64,000 bases of DNA from Synergistetes bacterium ADurb.Bin155 (GCA_002070395.1 MWDE01000005.1:22800-86799), one strand, 5' to 3'. Positions 8,874 to 17,554 are shown, counted from the first letter of the stretch. Numbers and translations are program-made. The notes: generated by a model not told the origin, from the letters alone.

Positions 8874-8941
8874 GCAAAAACAAAAAACCAAGGCAATCGA
8901 AAGACCAAAAACTGCACACGCCAATATAGGAGGTTCGTGAT

Positions 8942-9376
8942 ATGGACGTTTCAACGATCAGGATCAGGCACTACGCACCCGAGGGGGCCCAGTGCGGCCC
9001 CGTGAAGGAGACCTACGACACCCTCTGCAACATGGTGGAGCAACTCGGGCCGAAGCTGGCCCGGATAGGCTTTCCCGTGACCCTCGAGAAGGCCTCCTCC
9101 GATGGGGATCCGGAAAAGAACAACCTGGTGACCCTCGAGAGCGCCGATATCGATTTCCCCGAAACCCCCCTCGACGAGATACTGGGGTACGAGGCTTCCT
9201 CCAAGCCCTGCGGCTGCGACGGGGGCGATGGCCACGGCCGATGCCGGACCATCGAGGTGGCCGGCCAGACCTACCAGGCCGTCCCTCCCGGGCTCATCGC
9301 CGACGGCCTGCTCCGGGTGGCCCTATCTTCCACCGGGGGCTGCGGGAGCGGCTGCGGCACCTGCGGCGGAGGCTGA
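8942..9376 (+). CDS. hypothetical Cys-rich protein, DUF2703-like
   Basis: Strong RBS (TAGGAGG, 7 nt before the ATG). The pattern RHY..EG.QC....ETY...(n)...CGC...GRCRTIEVAGQTYQAVP resembles DUF2703, from memory only. C-terminal tail is GGCGSGCGTCGGG. Confidence 0.55.
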   Translation: MDVSTIRIRHYAPEGAQCGPVKETYDTLCNMVEQLGPKLARIGFPVTLEKASSDGDPEKNNLVTLESADIDFPETPLDEILGYEASSKPCGCDGGDGHGRCRTIEVAGQTYQAVPPGLIADGLLRVALSSTGGCGSGCGTCGGG

Positions 9377-9389
9377 GGGATCTAGGTCC

Positions 9390-9417
9390 AGGGGCTGCCG
9401 GCGGCAGCCCCTTTTTA
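9390..9417 (+). terminator. intrinsic terminator
   Basis: 10-bp stem AGGGGCTGCC/GGCAGCCCCT with a 3-nt loop, followed by TTTTTAATT. Confidence 0.7.
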
Positions 9418-9449
9418 ATTGAACCTTACATTGGACGGAGGCGATCCTG

Positions 9450-9962
9450 ATGAAAAAACCCTGGATAACGACCAGGGGAGGAGATAAGGGCACCACCGGC
9501 CTCGGCGACGGTTCCCGCCTCCCCAAGGACCACCCCAGGGTGGAGCTTTATGGAACCCTGGACGAATGCCAGGCCGCGCTCGGCCTGGCCAGAGCCTCCT
9601 GCTGCCACGGTGACATCCGGGAGGTGATCCTCCGCCTCGAGGAGGACCTGGGCGCCGTCATGGGCTACCTGGCCCTTTTCCCGGGTCTCCCCGAGCCCGA
9701 ACCGGGCGCCCTCGACGAAATAGTGGAAAAGGTCCGGGCCGTTACGGGCGAGACCTCCCGCTTCGTCCGCCCCGGCGACTCCCTCCCCGGCGCGGCCCTC
9801 CACCTGGCCAGGACGATCGCCCGCAGGGCCGAGCGGGTCGCCGTCGGCCTTCAACGGCAGGGCGATATCGGCGACGCTCCCTACGCCTGGCTGAATCGCC
9901 TCTCCGACGCCGTTTACGCCCTCTCCCTTTGGACCGACTGGGCAAACCGCGGGGGCCGGTAG
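9450..9962 (+). CDS. ATP:cob(I)alamin adenosyltransferase, PduO type
   Basis: N-terminal ITTRGGDKGTTGLGDGSRLPKDHPRVELYGTLDE is the hallmark of the PduO/MMAB family. Confidence 0.85.
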   Translation: MKKPWITTRGGDKGTTGLGDGSRLPKDHPRVELYGTLDECQAALGLARASCCHGDIREVILRLEEDLGAVMGYLALFPGLPEPEPGALDEIVEKVRAVTGETSRFVRPGDSLPGAALHLARTIARRAERVAVGLQRQGDIGDAPYAWLNRLSDAVYALSLWTDWANRGGR

Positions 9963-10058
9963 ATCCCGGGGCCGCCAAGACGTTGCGCCGTCGGCCCCGA
10001 TATGTATAATGGACAGAGTATACGTAAAACGCCCAACCCCTTTACAGGAGGCGGTACC

Positions 10059-10736
10059 ATGTTCAACGACCCGCTCTCGCCGGCGCGCAACATCGACCTT
10101 CGCCAGATCGTCTACGAAAAAATCAAGGAAGCCATCGTCGGGGGCTTCATCAAGCCCGGTGAGAGGCTCTCCGAGGTCGACCTGGCCGACAAGCTCGCCG
10201 TATCACGCACCCCCGTCAGGGAGGCTATCAGGCAGCTCGCCCAGACCGGCCTGGTGACGCTGGAGCCGCGGCGGGGCGCCTTCGTCTCCCTTCCCACCGT
10301 CAAGGACGCCTCCGACCTCTACGACCTCCGCACCCACCTGGAGATCATCGCCGTCCGGCTGGTGACCCGGCTCCAGCCCGTCGAGGAGCTGGAGCGCTGG
10401 CGCCCCGTCTTTTCGGTCATGACCGACGAGACCGAGACGGACCACTACCTTGCCGAGGACCGGCTGTTCCACGCCTCCCTCTACGAGCTGTCGGGCAACC
10501 GCTACCTGACCATGATGCTCCACAACATCGCCGACCTCATCAACCTCTGCCGGCACTACTCCGTGGAGGGCATCCCCTTGAGCACCTTCGCCCACGAGCA
10601 CGTGGCCATCATCGACGCCATCGAGACGGGCGACCCCGACAAGGCCGAGGCGGTACTGAGGGGCCACCTCGAGCGCTCCAGGGACGGGCTCCTGAACTAC
10701 CTGAGGGAGCACCCGGAACTCTCCGCCTCGGGCTAG
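10059..10736 (+). CDS. GntR-family transcriptional regulator (FCD domain)
   Basis: IKPGERLSEVDLADKLAVSRTPVREAIRQLAQTGLV. Start chosen at ATG 10059, preceded by AGGAGG. Confidence 0.85.
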   Translation: MFNDPLSPARNIDLRQIVYEKIKEAIVGGFIKPGERLSEVDLADKLAVSRTPVREAIRQLAQTGLVTLEPRRGAFVSLPTVKDASDLYDLRTHLEIIAVRLVTRLQPVEELERWRPVFSVMTDETETDHYLAEDRLFHASLYELSGNRYLTMMLHNIADLINLCRHYSVEGIPLSTFAHEHVAIIDAIETGDPDKAEAVLRGHLERSRDGLLNYLREHPELSASG

Positions 10737-10748
10737 GTCCTCCCCCCA

Positions 10749-11633
10749 ATGCTGTCCCCGCATCTCTTCGGCTATTTCCTGGCCCTGATGGCCGCCGTCA
10801 GCTGGGCGGTGGCGCCCGTTCTCTACCGCCGCGGGGTGGACCGCATTTCCTACTCCGGCCTCGGCGCCCTGCGGTGCAACGGCTACCTCGTCAGCGCCGC
10901 CCTTTTCCTCTTCCTCACCATGGGGCCCTCGGCCTTCGCCCCGCTCCCGGCGGTGACCATGGCGAAGATCTTCGCCTGCTCCGTCCTCTGGCTCGTCATG
11001 GGGGACTTTTTCTACTTCTCGTCCCTCCACAAGCTGGGGGTCTCCATATCGGTGCCCGTCACGTCCTCCTACCCCCTGATGGTGGTACCCGCCGCCTGGA
11101 TCTTCCTGGGGGAACCCGCCAAGCCCATGGTCCTCGTAGCGGCCGTACTCATCGTGGCCGGCCTCGTGCTGCTCTCTCCCCACAAGCAGGACCGAAACGG
11201 GAAACGGCAGGTCCTCGGAGGGCTGGTGGCCTCCTTCCTGGCCATGTCCTGCTGGACCTTCGGCATGATCACCAACAAGGTGCTGATGCAGACCGTACCG
11301 GTGCCACAGCTGGAATGGTGGCGCTCCGTGAGTATCACCCTTGGTTCCTGGGTCCTGTTCTACATCCTTGAAAGGTGCAGGGGGGCGGGAAGTATTTCCC
11401 GGGGTCCCATGGTCGAGATGGCCCTGGCGGGCGCCCTGGGCCTCACGGTGGGCAACCTCTTTATGACCTACGCCTTCGGGCTAGCCCCCGTCGACGCCGT
11501 GGTCTGCATCGTTTCCATCAGGCCCTTCCTGGCGGCCCTCTTCGCCACGCTCTTCCTCGGCGAGAAGCTCACCCCCCGCCTGGCGGGCGGGATCGTCCTC
11601 GTCTTCATCGGCGTCATGACCATCACTTTTTAG
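10749..11633 (+). CDS. EamA/DMT-family transporter
   Basis: About 10 TM helices in two EamA-like halves. Confidence 0.8.
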   Translation: MLSPHLFGYFLALMAAVSWAVAPVLYRRGVDRISYSGLGALRCNGYLVSAALFLFLTMGPSAFAPLPAVTMAKIFACSVLWLVMGDFFYFSSLHKLGVSISVPVTSSYPLMVVPAAWIFLGEPAKPMVLVAAVLIVAGLVLLSPHKQDRNGKRQVLGGLVASFLAMSCWTFGMITNKVLMQTVPVPQLEWWRSVSITLGSWVLFYILERCRGAGSISRGPMVEMALAGALGLTVGNLFMTYAFGLAPVDAVVCIVSIRPFLAALFATLFLGEKLTPRLAGGIVLVFIGVMTITF

Positions 11634-12920
11634 CCCGTGAAGCCGGGCCATCCCCGGTTCCTCGCCGAGGCCGCCCGGCCTGTAGAACCTCATCGGCCGG
11701 TCCATGTACTTTTGGGCCACCCAGTGCCCCGGGAAGTCGTGGGGGTAGAGGTACCCCTTGCCGCCGGGCCTCAGGTGGAGGGGAACCTCCTGTAGTTCGC
11801 CCCGCTCAATGGCCGAAAGAGCCCCGTCGATGGCCTTGTAGGCGCTGTTGCTCTTCGGCGCCAATGAGAGGTAGATGACGGCCTCCGAGAGTATTATCCT
11901 CGCCTCGGGGAGCCCCACGAAGTCCGATGCATAGGCGGCGCCGGCCGCCACCGAGAGCGCCCTCGGGTCGGCGAGCCCCACGTCCTCGGCGGCGAAGACC
12001 AGGAGCCTCCGGGCCACGAAACGCACGTCCTCGCCCCCGGCCACGAGCCGACCCAGCCAGTAGACGGCGGCGTCAGGGTCGGAGCCCCTCATGCTCTTGA
12101 TCAGCGCCGAAATGATCCTGTAGTGGTCGTCCTGGTCCCGGTCGTAGCGCTGCAAAGCCTTGGGCGAGACGTTCCTCACCGTCTCCGCGTCGATGACGCT
12201 CCCCCCGCCGGCGGCCACGGCGTGGGCCGAAAGCTCGAGCCTTGTCAGCGCCTGGCGGGCGTCACCGCCGGCACCGAGGGCGATCTCCTCCAGGGTCCGG
12301 CCCGAGGCCGAGAGCTCCAGCTCACCCAGCCCCCGCTCCCTGTCAGAGAGGGCTCTCTCCAGCAGTCTCACCAGGTCCCCGGCCCCCAGGGGCCGAAGTT
12401 CATATACCACGACCCTGGAGAGGAGTGTCTTGTTTATCTCGAAGTAGGGATTTTCCGTGGTGGTCCCCACCAGCACCAGGTCGCCCTTTTCCACCGAGGG
12501 GAGCAGGGCGTTCTGCTGCTGACGGTTGAAGTGGTAGATCTCGTCGACGAAGGCCACCGGCGCCCGGCCGGTGAGGTCCTTGAGGCGCTTCGCCTCGGCC
12601 ACCAGCTCCCTCAGGGCCGCGACGTTGGCCGAGACGGCGTTGATCTCGAGGAAGCCCCTCCCAGTCAGGGAGGCCATCAGGCGGGCGATGGTCGTCTTGC
12701 CCACGCCGGGGGGGCCGTAGAGTATGCAGCTGGGCACCCGCCCCGACCGGATCGCCCTCGCCAGGGGGGCATCCCCCGACAGGAGGTGCCCCTGCCCGGC
12801 CGTCTCCTCGAGGCTCCTGGGCCGCATCCTCTCGGCCAGGGGAACCTCCCACTTACTGGCGGGAGCCGCTTCCCCCGGTACCTCGTCCCAGAGGCTCCTC
12901 TTGTCCCTCAGTTCATCCAT
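11481..12920 (-). CDS. rarA: replication-associated recombination protein A (AAA+ ATPase RarA/MgsA)
   Basis: Walker A is GPPGVGKTTIA and Walker B is FVDEIHRF-like (FVDEIYHFN), with an MgsA C-terminal domain. Start set at MDELRD (ATG 12920). The 3' end overlaps the EamA gene by 153 nt. Confidence 0.9.
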   Translation of the reverse strand: MDELRDKRSLWDEVPGEAAPASKWEVPLAERMRPRSLEETAGQGHLLSGDAPLARAIRSGRVPSCILYGPPGVGKTTIARLMASLTGRGFLEINAVSANVAALRELVAEAKRLKDLTGRAPVAFVDEIYHFNRQQQNALLPSVEKGDLVLVGTTTENPYFEINKTLLSRVVVYELRPLGAGDLVRLLERALSDRERGLGELELSASGRTLEEIALGAGGDARQALTRLELSAHAVAAGGGSVIDAETVRNVSPKALQRYDRDQDDHYRIISALIKSMRGSDPDAAVYWLGRLVAGGEDVRFVARRLLVFAAEDVGLADPRALSVAAGAAYASDFVGLPEARIILSEAVIYLSLAPKSNSAYKAIDGALSAIERGELQEVPLHLRPGGKGYLYPHDFPGHWVAQKYMDRPMRFYRPGGLGEEPGMARLHGLKSDGHDADEDEDDPARQAGGELLAEEERGEEGRQEGPDGNDADHGVDGG

Positions 12921-13882
12921 GAGAGGACGGCCTCCTCCACCATGTCCGCCCTCGAGGGGAGTGCCAGGGGCGTCCCGTCCCTGGAGATCATCACCTGGGG
13001 GAAGCGCTCCCCCAGGACCTGGGCCAGCACCGAAAGCAGGGGCCTGTCGACGAGGGAGAGGGGCAAAAAGGGCGCCTCCTCCCACTGCTCCAGTGATAGC
13101 CTTGCCTTGGGCGCGATCCGAAGCCCGCCCACGCCGAGTGCCGCCGCGGCCAGCGCCACGGAGAGGACCTCGGGCGAAGTATCCGGGAGGGCCGCCTCTA
13201 TCTCCCAGGCCCTTTCGAGCCACTCTCTCCCCCGCTCCCTCTCCAGTTCCCGGTATTCCCAGGGCACCAGCGGCTCCGGGGCCCCGAGGGACGCCACGAA
13301 GTCCGCCAGGCGGCCGTAGGAGGCGTCGGCCCACCTCTCCCAGTCGGGGTTGCTCCGCTCGACCAGGACGGCCCTCATCCCGGCCCTACGCGCGCCGTAG
13401 AGGTCGTAGATGAAGTCTCCCACCATCAGGCAGAGCATCGGCTCCACGCCGATGGCCCCGGCGGCGGACCAGAGCGCCTGGGGGTCGGGCTTCAGCGGAC
13501 CCTCGTCCCGGGAGAGCACGACACCGGGCAAGTTTATCCCGCTCCGCTTAGCCGCCTCGAAGATGGAGTCCCGGCAGTTCCGGGAGACCACGGCCCAAGG
13601 GACCTTGCACATCTCCAGCCACTCCAGCAGTTCATGGGCGCCCTGAACGGGCGTCGCCTTACGGGCACCCTCCATCTCCAGTTCGTAGAGTTCCCTCTCC
13701 AGGTCGGCCCGACGGCTCCGCTCCAGCATGTCGGCGGCCTCCACCAGGGGGACCCGTTCGCCCTTGAAGTACTTGGCCCTGATGGGGCCGAAATCAAGCT
13801 TCGTGTCGGCCAGGACCCCGTCCCAGTCGAGGATGAAACCCCGTGACATCGACGGGTGCCAGAAGGGCGCGGCGACAGCCAT
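12908..13882 (-). CDS. HAD-superfamily hydrolase with an uncharacterised ~120-aa C-terminal extension
   Basis: Motif I is ILDWDGVLADT and the distal motif is MVGDFIYDL. Start chosen at ATG 13882, preceded by GAGGAGG. It overlaps the rarA start by 13 nt. Confidence 0.75.
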   Translation of the reverse strand: MAVAAPFWHPSMSRGFILDWDGVLADTKLDFGPIRAKYFKGERVPLVEAADMLERSRRADLERELYELEMEGARKATPVQGAHELLEWLEMCKVPWAVVSRNCRDSIFEAAKRSGINLPGVVLSRDEGPLKPDPQALWSAAGAIGVEPMLCLMVGDFIYDLYGARRAGMRAVLVERSNPDWERWADASYGRLADFVASLGAPEPLVPWEYRELERERGREWLERAWEIEAALPDTSPEVLSVALAAAALGVGGLRIAPKARLSLEQWEEAPFLPLSLVDRPLLSVLAQVLGERFPQVMISRDGTPLALPSRADMVEEAVLSWMN

Positions 13883-13900
13883 CTGATCCGCCTCCTCGGT

Positions 13901-13940
13901 AAGAAATAAAGAAAACGGGGCATGAAGACCCATGGCCCCC
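13901..13940 (-). terminator. terminator-like hairpin plus U-tract inside the 5' leader of the HAD-rarA operon (candidate attenuator)
   Basis: On the minus strand: GGGG(C)CATG-GGTCTT-CATGCCCC followed by GTTTTCTTTATTTCTT. It ends ~15 nt before the RBS. Confidence 0.45.
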
Positions 13941-14201
13941 ATACCCCGCTCCCCGTGCAAAAGAAGAAACCCCCGCGAGTGCCGTGACACGAAGGCCTTG
14001 ACCCGTTCCAAACTAGGTGGAAACCTCACCCGCCTTTGCGGGGTAGCGCCTTGGCGCCGCCATTGCCGGCGGGTAGATCGGTCTCCCACGACCGGGTGTT
14101 GGCTCAAGGCACTTCACCATGTTCACGAACACCGCAGGGCCTGTTCTCTTTTACCCGTTGCACCGATATTATATCATAACACCCGACAGGAGGGGTTCAA
14201 C

Positions 14202-15317
14202 TTGTGGAAGGGCAGGCTCCCGAGACACATCCTTGAAATGACCCAGGAAAGCTTCGCGCGGAGGAGCAAAAGCCAGCTTCACCGCCCCCCCAGTTCGTCC
14301 CTGGTGAACTGCGGGCTCGGCACCAACCCCCTGGGAGTCCCGCCGGCCGTCAGGGAACTGCTCGGCTCCTGCAGGGACTGGAACATCGGCGACTACCCGC
14401 CCCCGGTCGCCAAGGACCTCACCAAGGCCATCGCCCGCTACCTGGGGGACGAAGGGCTGGCGGACAAGATCGTCCTGGGGCAGGGGTCGATGGACGTGCT
14501 CGTGACCCTCACCCGCTTGCTGCTCCCGCCGGGCTCCCTCCTTTCGGGCGTCTCCCCCCAGTTCACCGACATGCCCCTCCAGGCCATGCAGGGCAGTGTC
14601 CGCTACCACCCGGTGCTCCTAAAGGGACCCCGCTTCGAGGCAGGTCTCGAGACCTGGATGAGGGCCGCCAGGCTGCGCCCCCACGTCCTTTTCATCGACA
14701 GGCCCCACAACCCCACGGGGCAGGTCCTCCCCTTGCGGGACCTCGAGACTGTCGTGGCCGAGTGCCTCGGGAGGGGGTGCTGGGTCATCGTCGACGAGGC
14801 CTACGGGGACTACCTCCCCCTGGAGGAGTCCGCCGTGGCCGTAAAGCGTCCCAACTGCATCGTCACCCGGTCCTTCTCCAAGGCCTGGGGCCTGGCCGGC
14901 ATGCGGGTCGGCTACGCCGTCATCGGCGACCCGGAACTGCTCCAGATCTACCAACTGCTCCAGCGTCCCTTCGGCGTGAGCCTACCGGGCATCAAGACGG
15001 CGATGGCGGCCCTGGGGGATCTGGAATTCCTCGAACAGACGAAGTCCTACGTGAAAAGTGCCAAGGCCGCCATGCTGGACGCCCTGGCGGGCGGCAGGGA
15101 CATGGAAGTGGCCGTCACCCACCCGTCGACGCCCATCATGATGGCCCGCCGCAGGAGGGGAAACCTTTTCGAGATCCTGGCCCGCCTGGGGATCGACAGC
15201 GAACCGGGGTCCGCCTACCTGGACCTAGACGATTCGGCCGTCAGGCTCAGAGTGCCTCCCCCGGAAGACCTGGAAAGGGCCGTGGAGTTCCTGTCGGGGC
15301 TTTCCGACCTGTCATGA
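14202..15317 (+). CDS. class I/II pyridoxal-phosphate aminotransferase (HisC/CobD-like)
   Basis: Carries GLGTNPLG, DEAYGDY and RSFSKAWGLAGMRVGY (the PLP-lysine motif). Start chosen at TTG 14202, 8 nt after AGGAGG. ATG 14238 is the alternative. Confidence 0.8.
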   Translation: MWKGRLPRHILEMTQESFARRSKSQLHRPPSSSLVNCGLGTNPLGVPPAVRELLGSCRDWNIGDYPPPVAKDLTKAIARYLGDEGLADKIVLGQGSMDVLVTLTRLLLPPGSLLSGVSPQFTDMPLQAMQGSVRYHPVLLKGPRFEAGLETWMRAARLRPHVLFIDRPHNPTGQVLPLRDLETVVAECLGRGCWVIVDEAYGDYLPLEESAVAVKRPNCIVTRSFSKAWGLAGMRVGYAVIGDPELLQIYQLLQRPFGVSLPGIKTAMAALGDLEFLEQTKSYVKSAKAAMLDALAGGRDMEVAVTHPSTPIMMARRRRGNLFEILARLGIDSEPGSAYLDLDDSAVRLRVPPPEDLERAVEFLSGLSDLS

Positions 15318-16679
15318 GAACCCCTGGCCGTCGCCCGTGAAACCTAGCCGGGCGAGAAGGTCCTCGGGCTCACCACAGTCGTCGCTCCTGAGGGCGATCC
15401 TCACTTCTGTCTCCACCGAGAGGCTCTGCGACGGCGATATCGCCCCCAGCCGGGACCTTATCCTCCCCGAGACCACCTCGGCGCCCTCGAGGGGTGTATG
15501 GGGCAGCAGGACGACGATCCTGCCGTCGCCCACCCGTCCGCCGATGTCCACGCTCCTGAGGTTCTTCAGCACCTCCCGGGAGAGCACCTGGACCGTCTCG
15601 GCGACGGCCTCCTCTCCGCCGGTGGCCCAGACCCTGTCGAGGTTGGTGATCTCTACCGCCATGGCCGTGAGGGGGTACCCGTAGCGCCTGGAACGGTCCA
15701 TCTCCACCTTCATGAGCCCCAGGGTCATGTCCCGGGCGAAAAGGCCCGATACGGGGTCGCGGGGGTATAGCCTGGTGATCCCCTCCACGGCGCGGTTCCT
15801 CTCGGCCGAGGAGAGGAACACGGGCCAAAGAGCCTCCAGCACGCCCCTGTTTATCTTCGCGAAGACCCCGCCTGCCCTGGCGAGGCAGAGGAGGACCGCC
15901 GGCGCCGAGCCGGTCAGCAGTACCCCGCAGAAGAGTGACCCGAAGCCAGCCTCTGTCATCAAGGGTTCCCACTCGCGTCCCTCGCAGGCCCAGGGGACCC
16001 ACCACTTCGACCCCTCCTGGATCGCCAGGCCGCCGAACTGGTGGCCGAAGGGCCCCCCCTGCGCCTCGGAGAGTTTCCTGGCAAAGGTGAGGGCGCTTTG
16101 CTTCTCGCCGAGCCCGTACTCTCCGGGGTCGGCCTCCTCCAGGGAGAGCATCCACCTCTGCCCGACCCCGTCCCAGACGAATATGCCGGCCCAGTCAACC
16201 CCCATGTGCTTCACCAGCTCCAGGAGCAACTGGGGTATGGTGCCCTTCGCATCGAAGAGCCCGAGAGCCTGGGTGAGGCGCTCCCCCATACCCAGGAGCC
16301 TGCGGTGGAACTCGTGAGGGGACAGGTCGTGGAAGAAGGCCACGAAATGCTCGCCGTCGCTCCAGCAGCTGAGGTCGAGCTCCATCTCCCCGGGGACGAG
16401 GGCCCAGCACAAGGTCTTCCATCCCTTCGCCATGACCGCCCGCAGGAGGGGTTCCAGGTCCTTGGGCCCCGGCAGCCCGGAAAGCAGGACGTCCAGCGCC
16501 TCCGGCAGTTCCAGACAGGCCGTGCCGATGAGATCGCCGAAAAAACCGTTGACCGACTCCACCACCAGCCGTTCCTCGACGATGCTCCCCGCGATCAGCG
16601 GCATGGATATCTGTTCCAGGATATCCCCGCAGACCCCTTCCAGGTCCCTCTCCTTGAGCCAGTCGCAGACGTCGGTCAC
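15312..16679 (-). CDS. GGDEF-domain protein with degenerate active site and an N-terminal sensory region
   Basis: The C-terminal fold is GGDEF-like (RRYGYPLTAMAVEITNLDRV...), but the signature reads RVGDGRIVVLL instead of GGDEF. Start at GTG 16679 is tentative. Confidence 0.7.
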   Translation of the reverse strand: MTDVCDWLKERDLEGVCGDILEQISMPLIAGSIVEERLVVESVNGFFGDLIGTACLELPEALDVLLSGLPGPKDLEPLLRAVMAKGWKTLCWALVPGEMELDLSCWSDGEHFVAFFHDLSPHEFHRRLLGMGERLTQALGLFDAKGTIPQLLLELVKHMGVDWAGIFVWDGVGQRWMLSLEEADPGEYGLGEKQSALTFARKLSEAQGGPFGHQFGGLAIQEGSKWWVPWACEGREWEPLMTEAGFGSLFCGVLLTGSAPAVLLCLARAGGVFAKINRGVLEALWPVFLSSAERNRAVEGITRLYPRDPVSGLFARDMTLGLMKVEMDRSRRYGYPLTAMAVEITNLDRVWATGGEEAVAETVQVLSREVLKNLRSVDIGGRVGDGRIVVLLPHTPLEGAEVVSGRIRSRLGAISPSQSLSVETEVRIALRSDDCGEPEDLLARLGFTGDGQGFS

Positions 16680-16756
16680 GATCGGTGAGCCTCCCCGTGG
16701 TAAGTGCTTCGCCTCATCCCTATGATAAACTCTAGGTGCCCAAAGAGCCATACTAA

Positions 16757-17554
16757 GTGAAGAAAGGGGCCCTCGACCTGGAGACAAAAAAGCTGGACGT
16801 GCCCGGGACTTTCGGAGACGGCCTCGTCCCCGTCCATATCATTGAAGGGCCGGGGACCCGCGCCGACGCCCCCCTGGTGGTGCTCCTCCACGGCGTCCAC
16901 GGGTGCGCCGGTCCGACCCCGGGGAACAAGTACGGCGACCTCGCCCGGATGCTCCTCGAGCTCGGCGCCAGGTGCGCCATCGTGGAGACGAGCCGCCGGA
17001 GGCGGGACCGGGAGACCTTCTGCGAGGATAGGGAGGCCTGGGCTCACGAGGCCTTCCGGGGCAAGACCTTCCGCCAGGACCACGCCGACGCCGTGGCGGG
17101 TATCGAGGCGGCCGCCGCTGTGGCCGCCCCCGGCGGGATCTGGCCCTTCGGGTTCTCCCTCGGGGGGATCCACGCCGTCCTGGCCGCCGGCGACGGCTCC
17201 CTCTCCTTCACCCCCGCCGGCATTATCCTGGCCGGTTCGGGGATGAGGGTCCGCCCCGAGGCGGAACTCGCCCTGGACCTGCCGATCCTCGACACCATGC
17301 CCGACGGCAAGTTCCTGGCCGAGGCCGCGGGGCGGATGAAAGCGGAAAGGCTCATCTCCTTCTGGGGCACGCTGGACTCCACCTTCAGCGAGGAGGCTTG
17401 CCGCGCCCTTGTGGAGGCGGCCCCATTGCCGCCGGAAAGGAAGGGCTTCGTCGTCATCGAGGGGGCGGACCACGCCTTCCGCAACTACAGGGGGTCGCCT
17501 TCCCTGAAGCCCCTGGAGATGATCTCCTCTTACCTGGGCCGGGCGATCTTCTAA
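16757..17554 (+). CDS. alpha/beta-fold hydrolase (dienelactone-hydrolase-like)
   Basis: VVLLHGVHG, nucleophile elbow GFSLGG, and C-terminal GADHAF. Confidence 0.7.
   Translation: MKKGALDLETKKLDVPGTFGDGLVPVHIIEGPGTRADAPLVVLLHGVHGCAGPTPGNKYGDLARMLLELGARCAIVETSRRRRDRETFCEDREAWAHEAFRGKTFRQDHADAVAGIEAAAAVAAPGGIWPFGFSLGGIHAVLAAGDGSLSFTPAGIILAGSGMRVRPEAELALDLPILDTMPDGKFLAEAAGRMKAERLISFWGTLDSTFSEEACRALVEAAPLPPERKGFVVIEGADHAFRNYRGSPSLKPLEMISSYLGRAIF

Noticed and set aside
8262-8954. Track ORFs that read through repeat DNA: 8262..8954(-), 20066..20620(+), 24679..25239(+), 29346..29648(-, QDQDQGQ...), 29554..29943(+, [13 protein letters not shown]...MYTNAQIQGLTP), 33074..33376(+).
   Set aside because: Their sequences are just translations of the heptamer or 12-mer arrays and the core. 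They have no RBS and no coding-like composition.
10203-11183. Long track ORFs antisense or out of frame to confidently called genes: 10203..11183(-), 12123..13319(+), 16676..18385(-), 25271..26659(-), 25339..26502(+), 35157..36488(-), 36546..37325(-), 37204..38778(-), 39086..40072(-).
   Set aside because: These are typical high-GC shadow ORFs. Their translations are Arg/Gly/Pro/Ala-rich and low-complexity with no motifs. Each overlaps a gene that has clear family signatures.
13883-14201. Cobalamin riboswitch, suspected because a PduO adenosyltransferase and a CobD/HisC-like aminotransferase are nearby.
   Set aside because: I found no B12-box-like core or the conserved GGGAA/GCCACTG elements on either strand. 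By eye there was also no match to the T-box, ZTP, GEMM, ykkC, SAM, TPP or FMN consensus. The region is kept only as an unclassified structured leader.
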